Positions 17,064 through 26,099 are shown, counted from the first letter of the stretch. The stretch is 64,000 nt of DNA from Verrucomicrobiota bacterium (GCA_038226425.1 JBBRQL010000001.1:495-64494), one strand, 5' to 3'. The notes: generated by a model from the letters alone, not told the origin. Translations and numbers: made by a program.

Positions 17064-17906
17064 TCAGAAGCCTTGCCGCTCCGAGACGGTCTTGAGCGAC
17101 GGGATGGTCTTCTGGAGCTTGCGCATATCGGTCCGGTGGTCGGGTTCCGTCGCCAAGTCCGAGATCCCGACGCCTTTTTTTGGAGCCCGCCATCGATAAC
17201 GTTCCACGTGACCGTCCAAGAACGAGAGTGTTCCGCCTTGGTTGTGCCGGTCGGCGGGCACATCGAGCCAGTGGTCGCCGAAGAATCGATAGCCCTCGGG
17301 ATACAGCCCGAACGTGGCGTCGGCGATGGTGTCCTCGTGGACGTCGACGAAGGCCTGGCAATCGGAGATGCCGGGGTCGTTGACCTCGGTGAGCTTCGCG
17401 TAGGCGCCGCTACCGTCGGCGATCTGCGCGTTGAGCCAGATGCTGAGGTTGTAGCTGCGCGTCCTCGGCGCGAAGCCGCCGTTCTTCAGGGGGACCTTCC
17501 CGGGATCGGCGGGGCACCGGTAGATGCCTACCGTGCGGTTGTACGGGAAGAGCACCCCGTTCTGGATGTTGGTGGTCGTCGGGTCTCGCCGGACATCGCC
17601 GGGGCACCATGAGACCCCGGGGCTGAAGGTGCCGTCGCCGTTGTTGTCCACCTCGAGCACGGAATCGTTCTGCGGCAGCTCGTCGCGGTGGTCGCCGATG
17701 TAGAGCATGTAGGCGAGCTGGAGCTGCCGGAGGTTGTTCAGGCACGCGGTCGTCCTGGCCTGTTGGCGGGCCTTGGACAGCGCCGGCAGGAGCATCGCGG
17801 CCAGCACCGCGATGATGGCGATGACGACCAGGAGCTCGATCAACGTGAACGCGACGGGGTCCTTCCGCGGACCCCGGGACAATCGCGATGGACAGAAGAT
17901 GCCCAT
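17064..17906 (-). CDS. prepilin-type N-terminal cleavage/methylation domain protein, H-X9-DG (DUF1559-like) family
   Basis: [44 protein letters not shown] is a class III signal plus pseudopilin helix. The C-terminal [13 protein letters not shown] matches H-X9-DG. The start was taken at ATG 17906 (MGIFCPS...). Confidence 0.85.
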   Translation of the reverse strand: MGIFCPSRLSRGPRKDPVAFTLIELLVVIAIIAVLAAMLLPALSKARQQARTTACLNNLRQLQLAYMLYIGDHRDELPQNDSVLEVDNNGDGTFSPGVSWCPGDVRRDPTTTNIQNGVLFPYNRTVGIYRCPADPGKVPLKNGGFAPRTRSYNLSIWLNAQIADGSGAYAKLTEVNDPGISDCQAFVDVHEDTIADATFGLYPEGYRFFGDHWLDVPADRHNQGGTLSFLDGHVERYRWRAPKKGVGISDLATEPDHRTDMRKLQKTIPSLKTVSERQGF

Positions 17907-18022
17907 GTCATTCGACCCGGTAGGACACGAGGTCATCTACACCGGACCGGGACCCTCCGCCACAGCGAAGAACGGCGAAAAATCTCGGCCACCTCGCCGG
18001 TGCCGCGCACACTTCCGCGGAC

Positions 18023-19321
18023 ATGACACGGTTGGTCCTGTTCGACATCGATGGAACGCTGATCCGCACGGGCGGCGCCGGCGTGCGCGCGTTCGCCCGG
18101 ACGGCGGCGATGGTGTTCGGCAAGGCGGGCGGCACCGATGCGCTGCGTTTCCACGGCCGCACCGACACTTCCCTGGTCCGGGAATTCCTCCGTCTCAACG
18201 AGATCCCGGACACGCCGTGGAACCTGCGGCACTTCCTCGATGCCTACGTCTTCTTCCTCGAGGCGGAGCTGCGGGCCGGCGCGGGCGAGCTGTGCCCCGG
18301 TGTCCGCGGGCTGATCACCGGCCTGCGCGCTCTCCCCGAGCCGCCGGTGCTCGCGCTGCTCACGGGGAACATCCGGCTCGGAGCGGCCTTGAAGCTCGCC
18401 GCCCACGGATTGGCCGACGAGTTCGTGCTGGGGGTGTTCGGCGACGACCACGAGGACCGGAACCAGCTCGCCGTCATCGCGCGCGACCGGGTGAGCCGCC
18501 GCCTCGGGCGCCGTCTTGACGGCGAGGAGATCCTGGTGGTCGGGGACACCCCGGCGGACGTCGCGTGCGCCCATCATGTCGGGGCGCGTTGCGTCGCGGT
18601 GGCGACCGGCGGCATCGCGTTGGCCGAGCTGCTGGAGCATTCGCCCGCTCTCGCCGTGGAGTCGCTCGACCAGGTCTCGGCCCAGAGGGTCGCGGCGGCA
18701 GGCATCCACTGGGAACGCCCGACCGACTGGGAAGCGCTCTACCGGACCGGCGAGACGCATTGGGACAAAGGCGAGGCCTCGCCCGCGTTGGCCGATTTCT
18801 TGGCGGCGAACCCGGACCTGCCGCGCGGCACCGTGGCCGTGCCCGGATGCGGTCGCGGCCACGACGTGCGCGAATGGGCCCGCGCCGGCTTCCACGCCGC
18901 GGGCTTCGACCTTGCGCCCACCGCCGTCGCCGAGGCGCGGGCCGCTTCACCCGTCGGATCGACCGCGGAGTTCGCCGCCTCCGACTTCTTGGCGGATGCG
19001 CCGCCGCGCGGCTTCGACTGGCTCTTCGAGCACACGCTTTTCTGCGCCATCCCGCCGTCGAGGCGTGACGACTACGTCGCCGCGGCGGCCCGTTGGGTCC
19101 GGCCCGGCGGCCATTATCTCGCGGTCAACTATCTGCAGCCGCGCGACGAGTGCGGGCCGCCGTTCGGCGTCACGCCGGCGGAGCTCCGCCGGCGTTTCGC
19201 GCCTTGGTTCGAGCTCGTCCGGGACTGGTCGCCGCGTTCGTTCCCGGGACGGGACGGTCGCGAACGCGTCTTCTGGTGGCGCCGGACGGCATCGCCGGCG
19301 CCGGACGGCCGTTCATCGTGA
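18023..19321 (+). CDS. fusion protein: HAD-family phosphatase (PGP-like) + thiopurine S-methyltransferase-like SAM methyltransferase
   Basis: N-terminal LVLFDIDGTLIRT (HAD motif I), LTGN and VVGDTPADV. C-terminal WEALYRTGETHWDKGEASPAL, AVPGCGRGHDV and FEHTLFCAIPP (TPMT-like). Confidence 0.85.
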   Translation: MTRLVLFDIDGTLIRTGGAGVRAFARTAAMVFGKAGGTDALRFHGRTDTSLVREFLRLNEIPDTPWNLRHFLDAYVFFLEAELRAGAGELCPGVRGLITGLRALPEPPVLALLTGNIRLGAALKLAAHGLADEFVLGVFGDDHEDRNQLAVIARDRVSRRLGRRLDGEEILVVGDTPADVACAHHVGARCVAVATGGIALAELLEHSPALAVESLDQVSAQRVAAAGIHWERPTDWEALYRTGETHWDKGEASPALADFLAANPDLPRGTVAVPGCGRGHDVREWARAGFHAAGFDLAPTAVAEARAASPVGSTAEFAASDFLADAPPRGFDWLFEHTLFCAIPPSRRDDYVAAAARWVRPGGHYLAVNYLQPRDECGPPFGVTPAELRRRFAPWFELVRDWSPRSFPGRDGRERVFWWRRTASPAPDGRSS

Positions 19322-19337
19322 ACAATTGTGAACAAAT
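19318..19337. repeat. tandem 10-mer gtgaacaatt/gtgaacaaat upstream of the pilus-like operon
   Basis: Two adjacent 10-bp units with 9/10 identity. The first overlaps the TGA stop of the upstream gene. The repeat lies about 145 bp upstream of the pilM start. Confidence 0.4.
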
Positions 19338-19480
19338 TTCCGTCACCTACGGGTTTTTCTGTTTGACCCGACCCCGGCACTTCTTTACGTAGGCCGCAGA
19401 CCAAGCCGTGATCGCCTGCATCGGGGCACTCCCTTGCGGGCTATTTTTTTCGGCCAAGCCGGTCAGAACGCCGAGTCGCC

Positions 19481-21385
19481 ATGTTGAAGTCGAAGACATT
19501 CCTGGGTGTGGATTTTGGGGCCGGGAGCCTCAAGATCGCCGAGTTCGCGGTGACGCCGCAGAACGGGCTGCGCCTGCTCCGCTTCGGCGTGAAGCCGCTC
19601 GGTCTGGCCGGTTCGCAGGACGCCGCCCGCGAGAGCGCGCTGAAGAAGGCGCTGCCGGAGCTGCTCGCCGAGGGCGGCTTCCTCGCGAAGGAGGGCAACC
19701 TCTGCGCGCCCGGCTTCCAGGTCTTCTCCAAGTTCGTCAAGCTGCCGCCCGTCGATACCTCGAAGGTCACCCAGATCATCCAGTACGAGGCGCAGCAGAA
19801 CGTGCCTTTCCCGTTGGCCGAGACCGCGTGGGATTACCAGATCCTCGGATCCGCCCCGAGCGGCGAGCTCGAGGTCCTGCTCGTCGCGATCAAGTCGGAC
19901 GTCGTCGAGAAGCTCTCCGCCATCGGCGAGGCCGGCGGCCTCAAGATGTCGATCGTCGATTCGACCGTCGGCGCCTTGGCGAACGCCTTCCGGTACAACT
20001 ACGCCGACCAGGAGGGCTGCAGCCTGCTGCTCGACATCGGCGCGAAGACCAGCAACGTGCTCATCTTCGAGGCGAACAAGTACTACGCCCGCAGCGTGAA
20101 CGTCGGCGCGAACGCCATCACCCAGGAGTTCGCCGCCGAAGCGAAGCTGCGGTTCGACGACGCCGAGAAGTTCAAGATCTCCGATGGTTTCGTCAGTTTG
20201 GGCGGCGCCTATGAGGAACCGGACGATCCCAAGCAGGCCGCGGTCTCCAAGGTCGCCCGCAACGTCCTCACCCGGCTGCACCTGCAGGTCACGCAGACGA
20301 TCCAGTTCTACCGGACCCAGCAGGGCGGCAGCGCGCCGGTACGTGTCTTCCTGTGCGGTGGCGGTTCGATCATGCCGTACGCTTCCCAGTTCTTCCAAGA
20401 GAAGCTCAACCTGCCGGTCGATTTCCTGAACCCGTTCCGCAACGTGGAGATCGACCCCGGCGTCGACGTCGCGAGCCTCGAGAAATACGCGCAGTGCTTC
20501 GGCGAGGTCGTCGGCCTCGGGTTGCGCAACGTCGCGCAGTGCCCGATCGAGCTGAACCTGATCCCGAAGGCGTCGCTCACCCGCCAACAGTTCAATTCCA
20601 AGAAGCCGTACCTGCTCGCCGCGGCGTTCGTGCTGGCCGCCGGTGTGTTCGCTGTCGGCTGGTTCTACGCCAAGGTCGCCGATGCCCGACGCGACGGCTT
20701 GGCCAAGGTCGCGGCCCAAGCCGAACCGCTGGAGCAGAAGAAGACCAAGCTCGAGGCCGAGGAAGGCAAGCTCAAGAAAGCCGCTGAAGAAGCCGTCCTG
20801 CTGGGCAATTGGCTCCAAGAGCGGACTTACTGGGCGGACATCTTCACCGAGGTCCGCCGCGTCCTGAAACAGACCGAAGACCTCCAGCGGCAAGCGCTAG
20901 GGGTCCCGGTCGGTGTCTGGGTCGACACGTTCCTCTCGACGGAGCCTTCGGTCGCTGCCGGCCAGAGCGCCGAGGAAGAGAAGCCGATGACCGCGATGGA
21001 CCGGTACCGCATGGACCCGATCCTTGCCCGGCGCTACGGACTCGTCCCGAAAGGACCCGCGGGCGGCGAAGGTGGGGCCGAAGGTGGGGCCGGTGCTGCC
21101 GACGCAGGAGCCGGAGCGACGGGTGAAGCGAAGTCCGCCACCCCGAAAGCGGCGGCGGTCAACACCAACGAACTCGCGACGATCAAGGTGACCTTCCGCG
21201 CGGTGAGCATCAACGAATCGGCCAACAACCAGCTGATCTACGCTTTGGAGCGCGAGCTCAAGGCCAGCCCTCTGTTCGATGCCAAGGACACGCAGTTGTC
21301 CGGATCGATGGAGAAGGCGGAAGCGAACGCTCCGACGTTCTCGTTCCCGCTCAGCCTGAAATTGAAGCGTCCCATCAAGCTCTGA
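19481..21385 (+). CDS. pilM: PilM-like actin-fold ATPase fused to a PilN-like bitopic segment (Amuc_1101-like)
   Basis: FLGVDFGAGSLKIAEF, LLLDIGAKTSNV and VFLCGGGSIMP are PilM/FtsA-like. A TM helix YLLAAAFVLAAGVFAVGWFYA follows, then a coiled coil, a low-complexity G/A/E linker and a C-terminal alpha/beta domain. Confidence 0.9.
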   Translation: MLKSKTFLGVDFGAGSLKIAEFAVTPQNGLRLLRFGVKPLGLAGSQDAARESALKKALPELLAEGGFLAKEGNLCAPGFQVFSKFVKLPPVDTSKVTQIIQYEAQQNVPFPLAETAWDYQILGSAPSGELEVLLVAIKSDVVEKLSAIGEAGGLKMSIVDSTVGALANAFRYNYADQEGCSLLLDIGAKTSNVLIFEANKYYARSVNVGANAITQEFAAEAKLRFDDAEKFKISDGFVSLGGAYEEPDDPKQAAVSKVARNVLTRLHLQVTQTIQFYRTQQGGSAPVRVFLCGGGSIMPYASQFFQEKLNLPVDFLNPFRNVEIDPGVDVASLEKYAQCFGEVVGLGLRNVAQCPIELNLIPKASLTRQQFNSKKPYLLAAAFVLAAGVFAVGWFYAKVADARRDGLAKVAAQAEPLEQKKTKLEAEEGKLKKAAEEAVLLGNWLQERTYWADIFTEVRRVLKQTEDLQRQALGVPVGVWVDTFLSTEPSVAAGQSAEEEKPMTAMDRYRMDPILARRYGLVPKGPAGGEGGAEGGAGAADAGAGATGEAKSATPKAAAVNTNELATIKVTFRAVSINESANNQLIYALERELKASPLFDAKDTQLSGSMEKAEANAPTFSFPLSLKLKRPIKL

Positions 21386-21386
21386 T

Positions 21387-22409
21387 ATGGCCTGGATCAA
21401 GCGGAATCTTTTGTTCGTGGTCGGCTTGGCGGTCTCCGTCGCGTTGCTCGGTGCCGGGGTGTTCTACCTCTTCACCACGATGGACGAGGCCGACCGCGTC
21501 AGCGCCGAGCTCGACGCCAAGAACCAACAGCTCGACGGCTTGGTGAAGCGCGAGCCGTATCCGAACTCCGAGAACATCGAGAAGGTCAAGGAGGAGCAGA
21601 AACGGGTCGAGGCCTTCAAAAAAGATGCCCGCACCCGCTTCGGCCAGCTCGTGAGGCCCGGCTCGCTGGACAACGCATCGTTCAAGTCCCTGCTCGAATC
21701 GACGATCGCCGGGTTGACGCGCCAGTCCGAACGCATGGGGGTCAAGCTGCCGGAGAAGTACGACTTCACCTTCGCCGAGCAGCGGAAGCAACTCCAGTTG
21801 GCGACCAACACGCTGGTACCGCTGGCCACACAACTGGACGATCTGGACAACATCTGCCGCGTGCTCTTCGATGCCAAGATCCATTCCTTGGTGGCGTTGA
21901 AGCGGTCGGGGATGGCTTCGGGTGAAGCGATCGGCAGCGCGGATCTGTTGACCAAGAAGGTCGGCACCAATGCTTTGGCCGGTGGCTCGATCCACCCGTA
22001 CGAGATATCGTTCCAGTGTTTCAGCACCGAGCTGGGCAATGTCCTGGCCGGGTTCCTGAACTCTCCTCAGGCCTATGTGCTCAAGACGATCAATGTCGAG
22101 CGGGGTTCGACTTCCACGACAGCGGATCCGAACGCGGCTGCGGTAGGGTCGGGCCCCGTCCCGGGCCGGCCGGGAATGGATATGGCGATGGCTCGTCGCT
22201 ACGGGCTCGTGGGCGGCGGGAACCGCTACGGCCAACCCCAGCCTCAGGCCCCGGTCGCCGCCCCTGCGCCGACGCGCGCCGGAGAGACCGTCCTCGAAGA
22301 GAAACCGCTCCGGGTGACCATCGGCCTCGAAGTGGTCAAGCTCGCGGTCGCTCCGGTCGCACCCGTCGTCGACGCACCGGCCAAACCGACCACTCCCTCC
22401 GCTCGCTGA
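21387..22409 (+). CDS. Amuc_1100-like pilus-associated protein (PilO-like topology)
   Basis: N-terminal TM LLFVVGLAVSVALLGAGVFYLF, then a coiled coil. The block PYEISFQCFSTELGNVLAGFLNSPQAYVLKTINVERG and the C-terminal EEKPLRVTIGLEVVKL parallel what I recall of Akkermansia Amuc_1100 (PLEIAFQGDRESVLKAMNAI...FTVNSIRIRNE; KEQVFVQVSLNLVHF). Confidence 0.75.
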   Translation: MAWIKRNLLFVVGLAVSVALLGAGVFYLFTTMDEADRVSAELDAKNQQLDGLVKREPYPNSENIEKVKEEQKRVEAFKKDARTRFGQLVRPGSLDNASFKSLLESTIAGLTRQSERMGVKLPEKYDFTFAEQRKQLQLATNTLVPLATQLDDLDNICRVLFDAKIHSLVALKRSGMASGEAIGSADLLTKKVGTNALAGGSIHPYEISFQCFSTELGNVLAGFLNSPQAYVLKTINVERGSTSTTADPNAAAVGSGPVPGRPGMDMAMARRYGLVGGGNRYGQPQPQAPVAAPAPTRAGETVLEEKPLRVTIGLEVVKLAVAPVAPVVDAPAKPTTPSAR

Positions 22410-22412
22410 CCC

Positions 22413-23207
22413 ATGCAATTCCTCAAAAAGCATTACGAGAAGATCGTCCTCGGCGTGGTCTTGCTCTGCGTCGCCGCGACGTCGCTGGTTCTCACGATGC
22501 GTGCCGGCGATGAGCGGCAGAAACTCGCGGAGCAGCTCCAACAGAAAGTCGGCGGGAAACAAAAGCCTCTGAAGCCGGTCGAACTTGCCGGCAGCATGGC
22601 TTCGTTGGAACGGTTGTCGAAGCCTTCGGTGGTCACTCTTGCCGGCGAGCACAAGACCTTCAATCCGGGCACGTGGATCCGCAAGGCCGACTCCAGCATC
22701 GCACCGGTCGGTGACAAGGGCGGCCGGGGCGCCGAAGGCCTCACGCTGGTCGCCGTCCGCCCTCTCAATCTTTCGGTGACCTATGCGTCGGTCGCCGGCA
22801 CCGGTGAACCGTACCGTTACCAGTTCATCGTCGCACGCGACCATGAGAAACAGGCACCGAAGCGCCGCCCGACGACGATCTCGCTGACCGAGGGGACCAA
22901 GAACGATCTTTTCGTCCTCCGCGAGGTCCACGGTCCCAAGGACAATCCGACCGACGTCGTGATCGAGGTCCTGTCCGGCAACGAGCGCGTCACCTTGTCC
23001 AAGGACAAGACCTACACCAAGGGGATGGATTTCGCGGCAGACCTCCGCTACGAGGCCGAGAACAAGAACTTCACCGCGAAACGTCCCGACGAATCCTTGG
23101 TGTTGTCCGGTGCGACGTACAAGATTGTTGCCATCCAAAAAGACGAGCTTGTAGTCTCAGCGCCTAATCAAGTCCGCACCACGATCAAGCTCTCCCCCGC
23201 GCCCTGA
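22413..23207 (+). CDS. Amuc_1099-like pilus-system protein (bitopic, PilP position)
   Basis: 264 aa with the N-terminal TM IVLGVVLLCVAATSLVLT. It sits between the Amuc_1100-like gene and the secretin, with 3-nt and 48-nt gaps. Confidence 0.65.
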   Translation: MQFLKKHYEKIVLGVVLLCVAATSLVLTMRAGDERQKLAEQLQQKVGGKQKPLKPVELAGSMASLERLSKPSVVTLAGEHKTFNPGTWIRKADSSIAPVGDKGGRGAEGLTLVAVRPLNLSVTYASVAGTGEPYRYQFIVARDHEKQAPKRRPTTISLTEGTKNDLFVLREVHGPKDNPTDVVIEVLSGNERVTLSKDKTYTKGMDFAADLRYEAENKNFTAKRPDESLVLSGATYKIVAIQKDELVVSAPNQVRTTIKLSPAP

Positions 23208-23255
23208 CCCGAGTCCGATCCTTTACGCTTTCGAGTTCCAACCGAGAAGAACCCC

Positions 23256-26012
23256 ATGACCAAAGTGTCCAAACTCCTCCGCGTGTTCCTGCTGTGCGCC
23301 TGCGTCCAAGGCGCGTCGGGGCAGGCCCCGAGCCAGATCGCTGAAGAAGAAGCCATCCGGCGCCAGGAAAAGTCGATCCTGTTGCGCAGCACGCTTGAGG
23401 CAGCTCAGACGGCGCAGAAACAGAACGATCTCAAGACCGCTGCCAAGCTCTATGAAGATGCGTGGTCGTTGACCGAGGTGCTCGGGGCGAACGTGGAGGC
23501 CGAACGCCGCCAGACCGTGGCCGGTCTTTCCGGATCGCGCCTTCAGCTGGCCATCGCCGCGCAACGCGCCGGCGATGCGCGTGAAGCGGACACCCAGGTC
23601 ACCCGCGCGCTGAAGGTCGATCCGAACAACACGGTCGCCAAGAGCTTCAAGAAGGACAACGACCGCCGTCTGGCCGACCTTCAGGGCAGATTGCCGAGCG
23701 AAGCCGTCTTGGCCCGTGCAGCGGACCACAGCACCAACATGGTCAAGGTCGCGTCCTCGGTCCAGGACGGCGTGGTGCTGTACCAGATGAACAAACTGGA
23801 CGAGGCCGAGGAGGTCTTCCAGAAGGCGATCAAACAACAACCTGAAAACCAGGCCGCCTATTACTACTTGAACCTGATCCGCGAGGCGAAGTTCACCCGT
23901 GCGGCCAAGAACAAGTCGCTCACCACCAAGGACCGGCTGGTCGAGGTCGAACAAGCTTGGGAAACGCCCAAGTCGAACCTCCCCATCGCCAACCCGTGGG
24001 CCAAGACCAATCTGATCCACACCGGCAACGGACGCCAGATCATTGCGAGCAAGCTCGACCGGATCATCCTCAACGAGGTCAAGTTCGACGGTCTTCCATT
24101 GACCGAGGTCGTCAAGTACCTCGAAGAACAGGCCAAAGCCCGCGACCCCGAGAAGCGTGGTGTCAATTTCCTCATCAGCTCCAGCATCGACGTCCCGACC
24201 CCGCAGGCGACCCAGCAGTTCGACGCGACCGGCCAACCGGTAGCTTCGGCTCCGGTCGAACCGCTTGACCTCGGCAATGTGGTCATCCGCCTCAACCCCG
24301 GTCTGCACAACGTCCGGTTGGCCGATGCATTGGACGCCGTGACCAAGGTCGCTGAAAAACCGCTCAAGATATCGATCGAGGACTACGCGGTCATCTTCAC
24401 GCAGCGCCTGCCGGAGCCCGTCCAGTTGCACGCACGGCAATTCCGTGTCGATCCGAACACGTTCATGCAAGGGCTCCAGAGCGTTTCAGGCATCGACCTT
24501 GGTACGACCTTCCAGAGCACCGGTGGCGGCGGCGGCGGTGGTGGCGGCGGCGGCGGTGGTGGCGCCCAAGGCGGCCAAGGTGGTGGCATCTTCAATGTTC
24601 CCCGCGTCGATGTGAGTTCCAGCAGCAGCCAAGGTGGCGGTGGCGGAGCGGGTGGGCAGGGTGGACAAGGGATCACCGGTGTCACACGCACCAACTTGAT
24701 GGCCAATGTCCAAGTGATGGTTCGCCAATTTTTTGCGGCGGCCGGCGTCAACTTCCCGCAGACAGCCGTCCCCGGCCAAGGCGGGGCCGGTGGTGGCGGC
24801 GGTTTCGGAGGCGGCGCGCAGCAACAGCAGTTCGGTCTCAACGGCCAGGCCCAAGAAGTCGATGCGAAGGCGCTGTTCTTCAATGACCGGACCGGCATCT
24901 TGTTTGTGAGGGCGACTTTGTCCGACCTCGATATCATCGAGAAGGCCATCCAGGCGTTGAACATCGCTCCGGCCAACATCGAGATCGAGGCACGTTTCGC
25001 GGAGGTCAGCCAGACTGACAGCAAGGCGCTCGGGTTCCAATGGTTCTTGGGAAATTTCCTGATGGGCGGTGGCAAAGTAGGTCTTAGCGGTGGAACCGCT
25101 CCTTCGTATCAAGGGCAAGCGTCTGCGGCCAACCCCGACGGGGTGTTCCCGCAGTACGGGAACATCTTGCCTTCGGGCAGTGACCAGAACGTCACCGCCG
25201 GCCTTCGGAACATCGATGGAAATCAAAGTGCCATCCCGACCGTGGCGACGCTGAGCGGCATCCTTACCGACCCGCAGTTCCGCGCGGTGATCCAAGCACT
25301 CGACCAGCGTGATGGCGTCGAGTTCCTCATCGCACCGAAACTGGTCACCCAGAGCGGGCGTCAAGCCCATATCGCGGTGAACGATGCCCGCACGGTCGTC
25401 GTGGGTGTCGGTCAGAACCAACAAGGTTCTGGCGGCGGTACCGGAAACACTGCCAACGGTGTCAACGGCAACACGGGCGGCGGCGGCGCCGTCGCAACCG
25501 CGATCCAATACCAGACCACGGTGTTCCCGTTCGGTCCGACCTTGGATGTCGTCCCGTACGTCTCTTCCGATGAGTCGTCCATCCAGATGACCATCATCCC
25601 GAGCCTCACGGAATTCGTCGGCTACGATGATCCGGGCGGTTTCGTGCCGCAGGCCCAGTCCGTCGCCGGGAACACGGTCGGTACCTCGTTGAAGGCGGTC
25701 TTGCCGCTCCCTCGTATCCGGGTTCGCCAAGTCGTGACCAGTGCCACGGTCTGGGACGGCCAGACGGTCGTCTTGGGCGGCCTCATCTCCGAAGATGTGA
25801 AAAAATCGCGGGACAAGGTGCCGGTCCTGGGTGACATCCCGGTGCTGGGACGCCTCTTCCGCAGCGAGAACTCGCTGAACATCAAGAAGAACCTCATCAT
25901 CTTCGTGACGCCGACGATCCTCGATCCGTCCGGCCATCGCGTGAACGATCCGCGTAGCCTCCCGTTCGATCCGAACTCCTTCCCGGCCTTGGCTCCGACC
26001 GCGATCAAATGA
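23256..26012 (+). CDS. pilQ: outer-membrane secretin (PilQ/GspD family, Amuc_1098-like) with N-terminal TPR region and Gly-rich linkers
   Basis: Signal LLRVFLLCACVQGASGQA and a TPR-like N-terminus. STN-like LDRIILNEVKFDGLPLTEVVKYLEEQ. Secretin core ...VTSATVWDGQTVVLGGLISEDVKKSRDKVPVLGDIPVLGRLFRSENSLNIKKNLIIFVTPTIL. Confidence 0.9.
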   Translation: MTKVSKLLRVFLLCACVQGASGQAPSQIAEEEAIRRQEKSILLRSTLEAAQTAQKQNDLKTAAKLYEDAWSLTEVLGANVEAERRQTVAGLSGSRLQLAIAAQRAGDAREADTQVTRALKVDPNNTVAKSFKKDNDRRLADLQGRLPSEAVLARAADHSTNMVKVASSVQDGVVLYQMNKLDEAEEVFQKAIKQQPENQAAYYYLNLIREAKFTRAAKNKSLTTKDRLVEVEQAWETPKSNLPIANPWAKTNLIHTGNGRQIIASKLDRIILNEVKFDGLPLTEVVKYLEEQAKARDPEKRGVNFLISSSIDVPTPQATQQFDATGQPVASAPVEPLDLGNVVIRLNPGLHNVRLADALDAVTKVAEKPLKISIEDYAVIFTQRLPEPVQLHARQFRVDPNTFMQGLQSVSGIDLGTTFQSTGGGGGGGGGGGGGGAQGGQGGGIFNVPRVDVSSSSSQGGGGGAGGQGGQGITGVTRTNLMANVQVMVRQFFAAAGVNFPQTAVPGQGGAGGGGGFGGGAQQQQFGLNGQAQEVDAKALFFNDRTGILFVRATLSDLDIIEKAIQALNIAPANIEIEARFAEVSQTDSKALGFQWFLGNFLMGGGKVGLSGGTAPSYQGQASAANPDGVFPQYGNILPSGSDQNVTAGLRNIDGNQSAIPTVATLSGILTDPQFRAVIQALDQRDGVEFLIAPKLVTQSGRQAHIAVNDARTVVVGVGQNQQGSGGGTGNTANGVNGNTGGGGAVATAIQYQTTVFPFGPTLDVVPYVSSDESSIQMTIIPSLTEFVGYDDPGGFVPQAQSVAGNTVGTSLKAVLPLPRIRVRQVVTSATVWDGQTVVLGGLISEDVKKSRDKVPVLGDIPVLGRLFRSENSLNIKKNLIIFVTPTILDPSGHRVNDPRSLPFDPNSFPALAPTAIK

Positions 26013-26099
26013 ACGGATGCGCCACGGAATTGGAAGTCCGCGGCGCGTGCAGGGAACCAATGTTGACAACTGTGAACGGACAGTCAAATTGACAAGCTT

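Noticed and set aside
24520-24835. ggy-rich tandem repeats considered as a non-coding tandem repeat or array
   Set aside because: They lie in frame inside the secretin ORF and encode Gly/Gln linkers. No spacer-repeat periodicity is present.
21375-26087. Minus-strand ORFs 21375..23138, 23223..24470 and 24486..26087 across the pilus-like locus
   Set aside because: They are shadows of well-supported plus-strand genes: TM helices, the secretin motif, and tight gene spacing on the plus strand.
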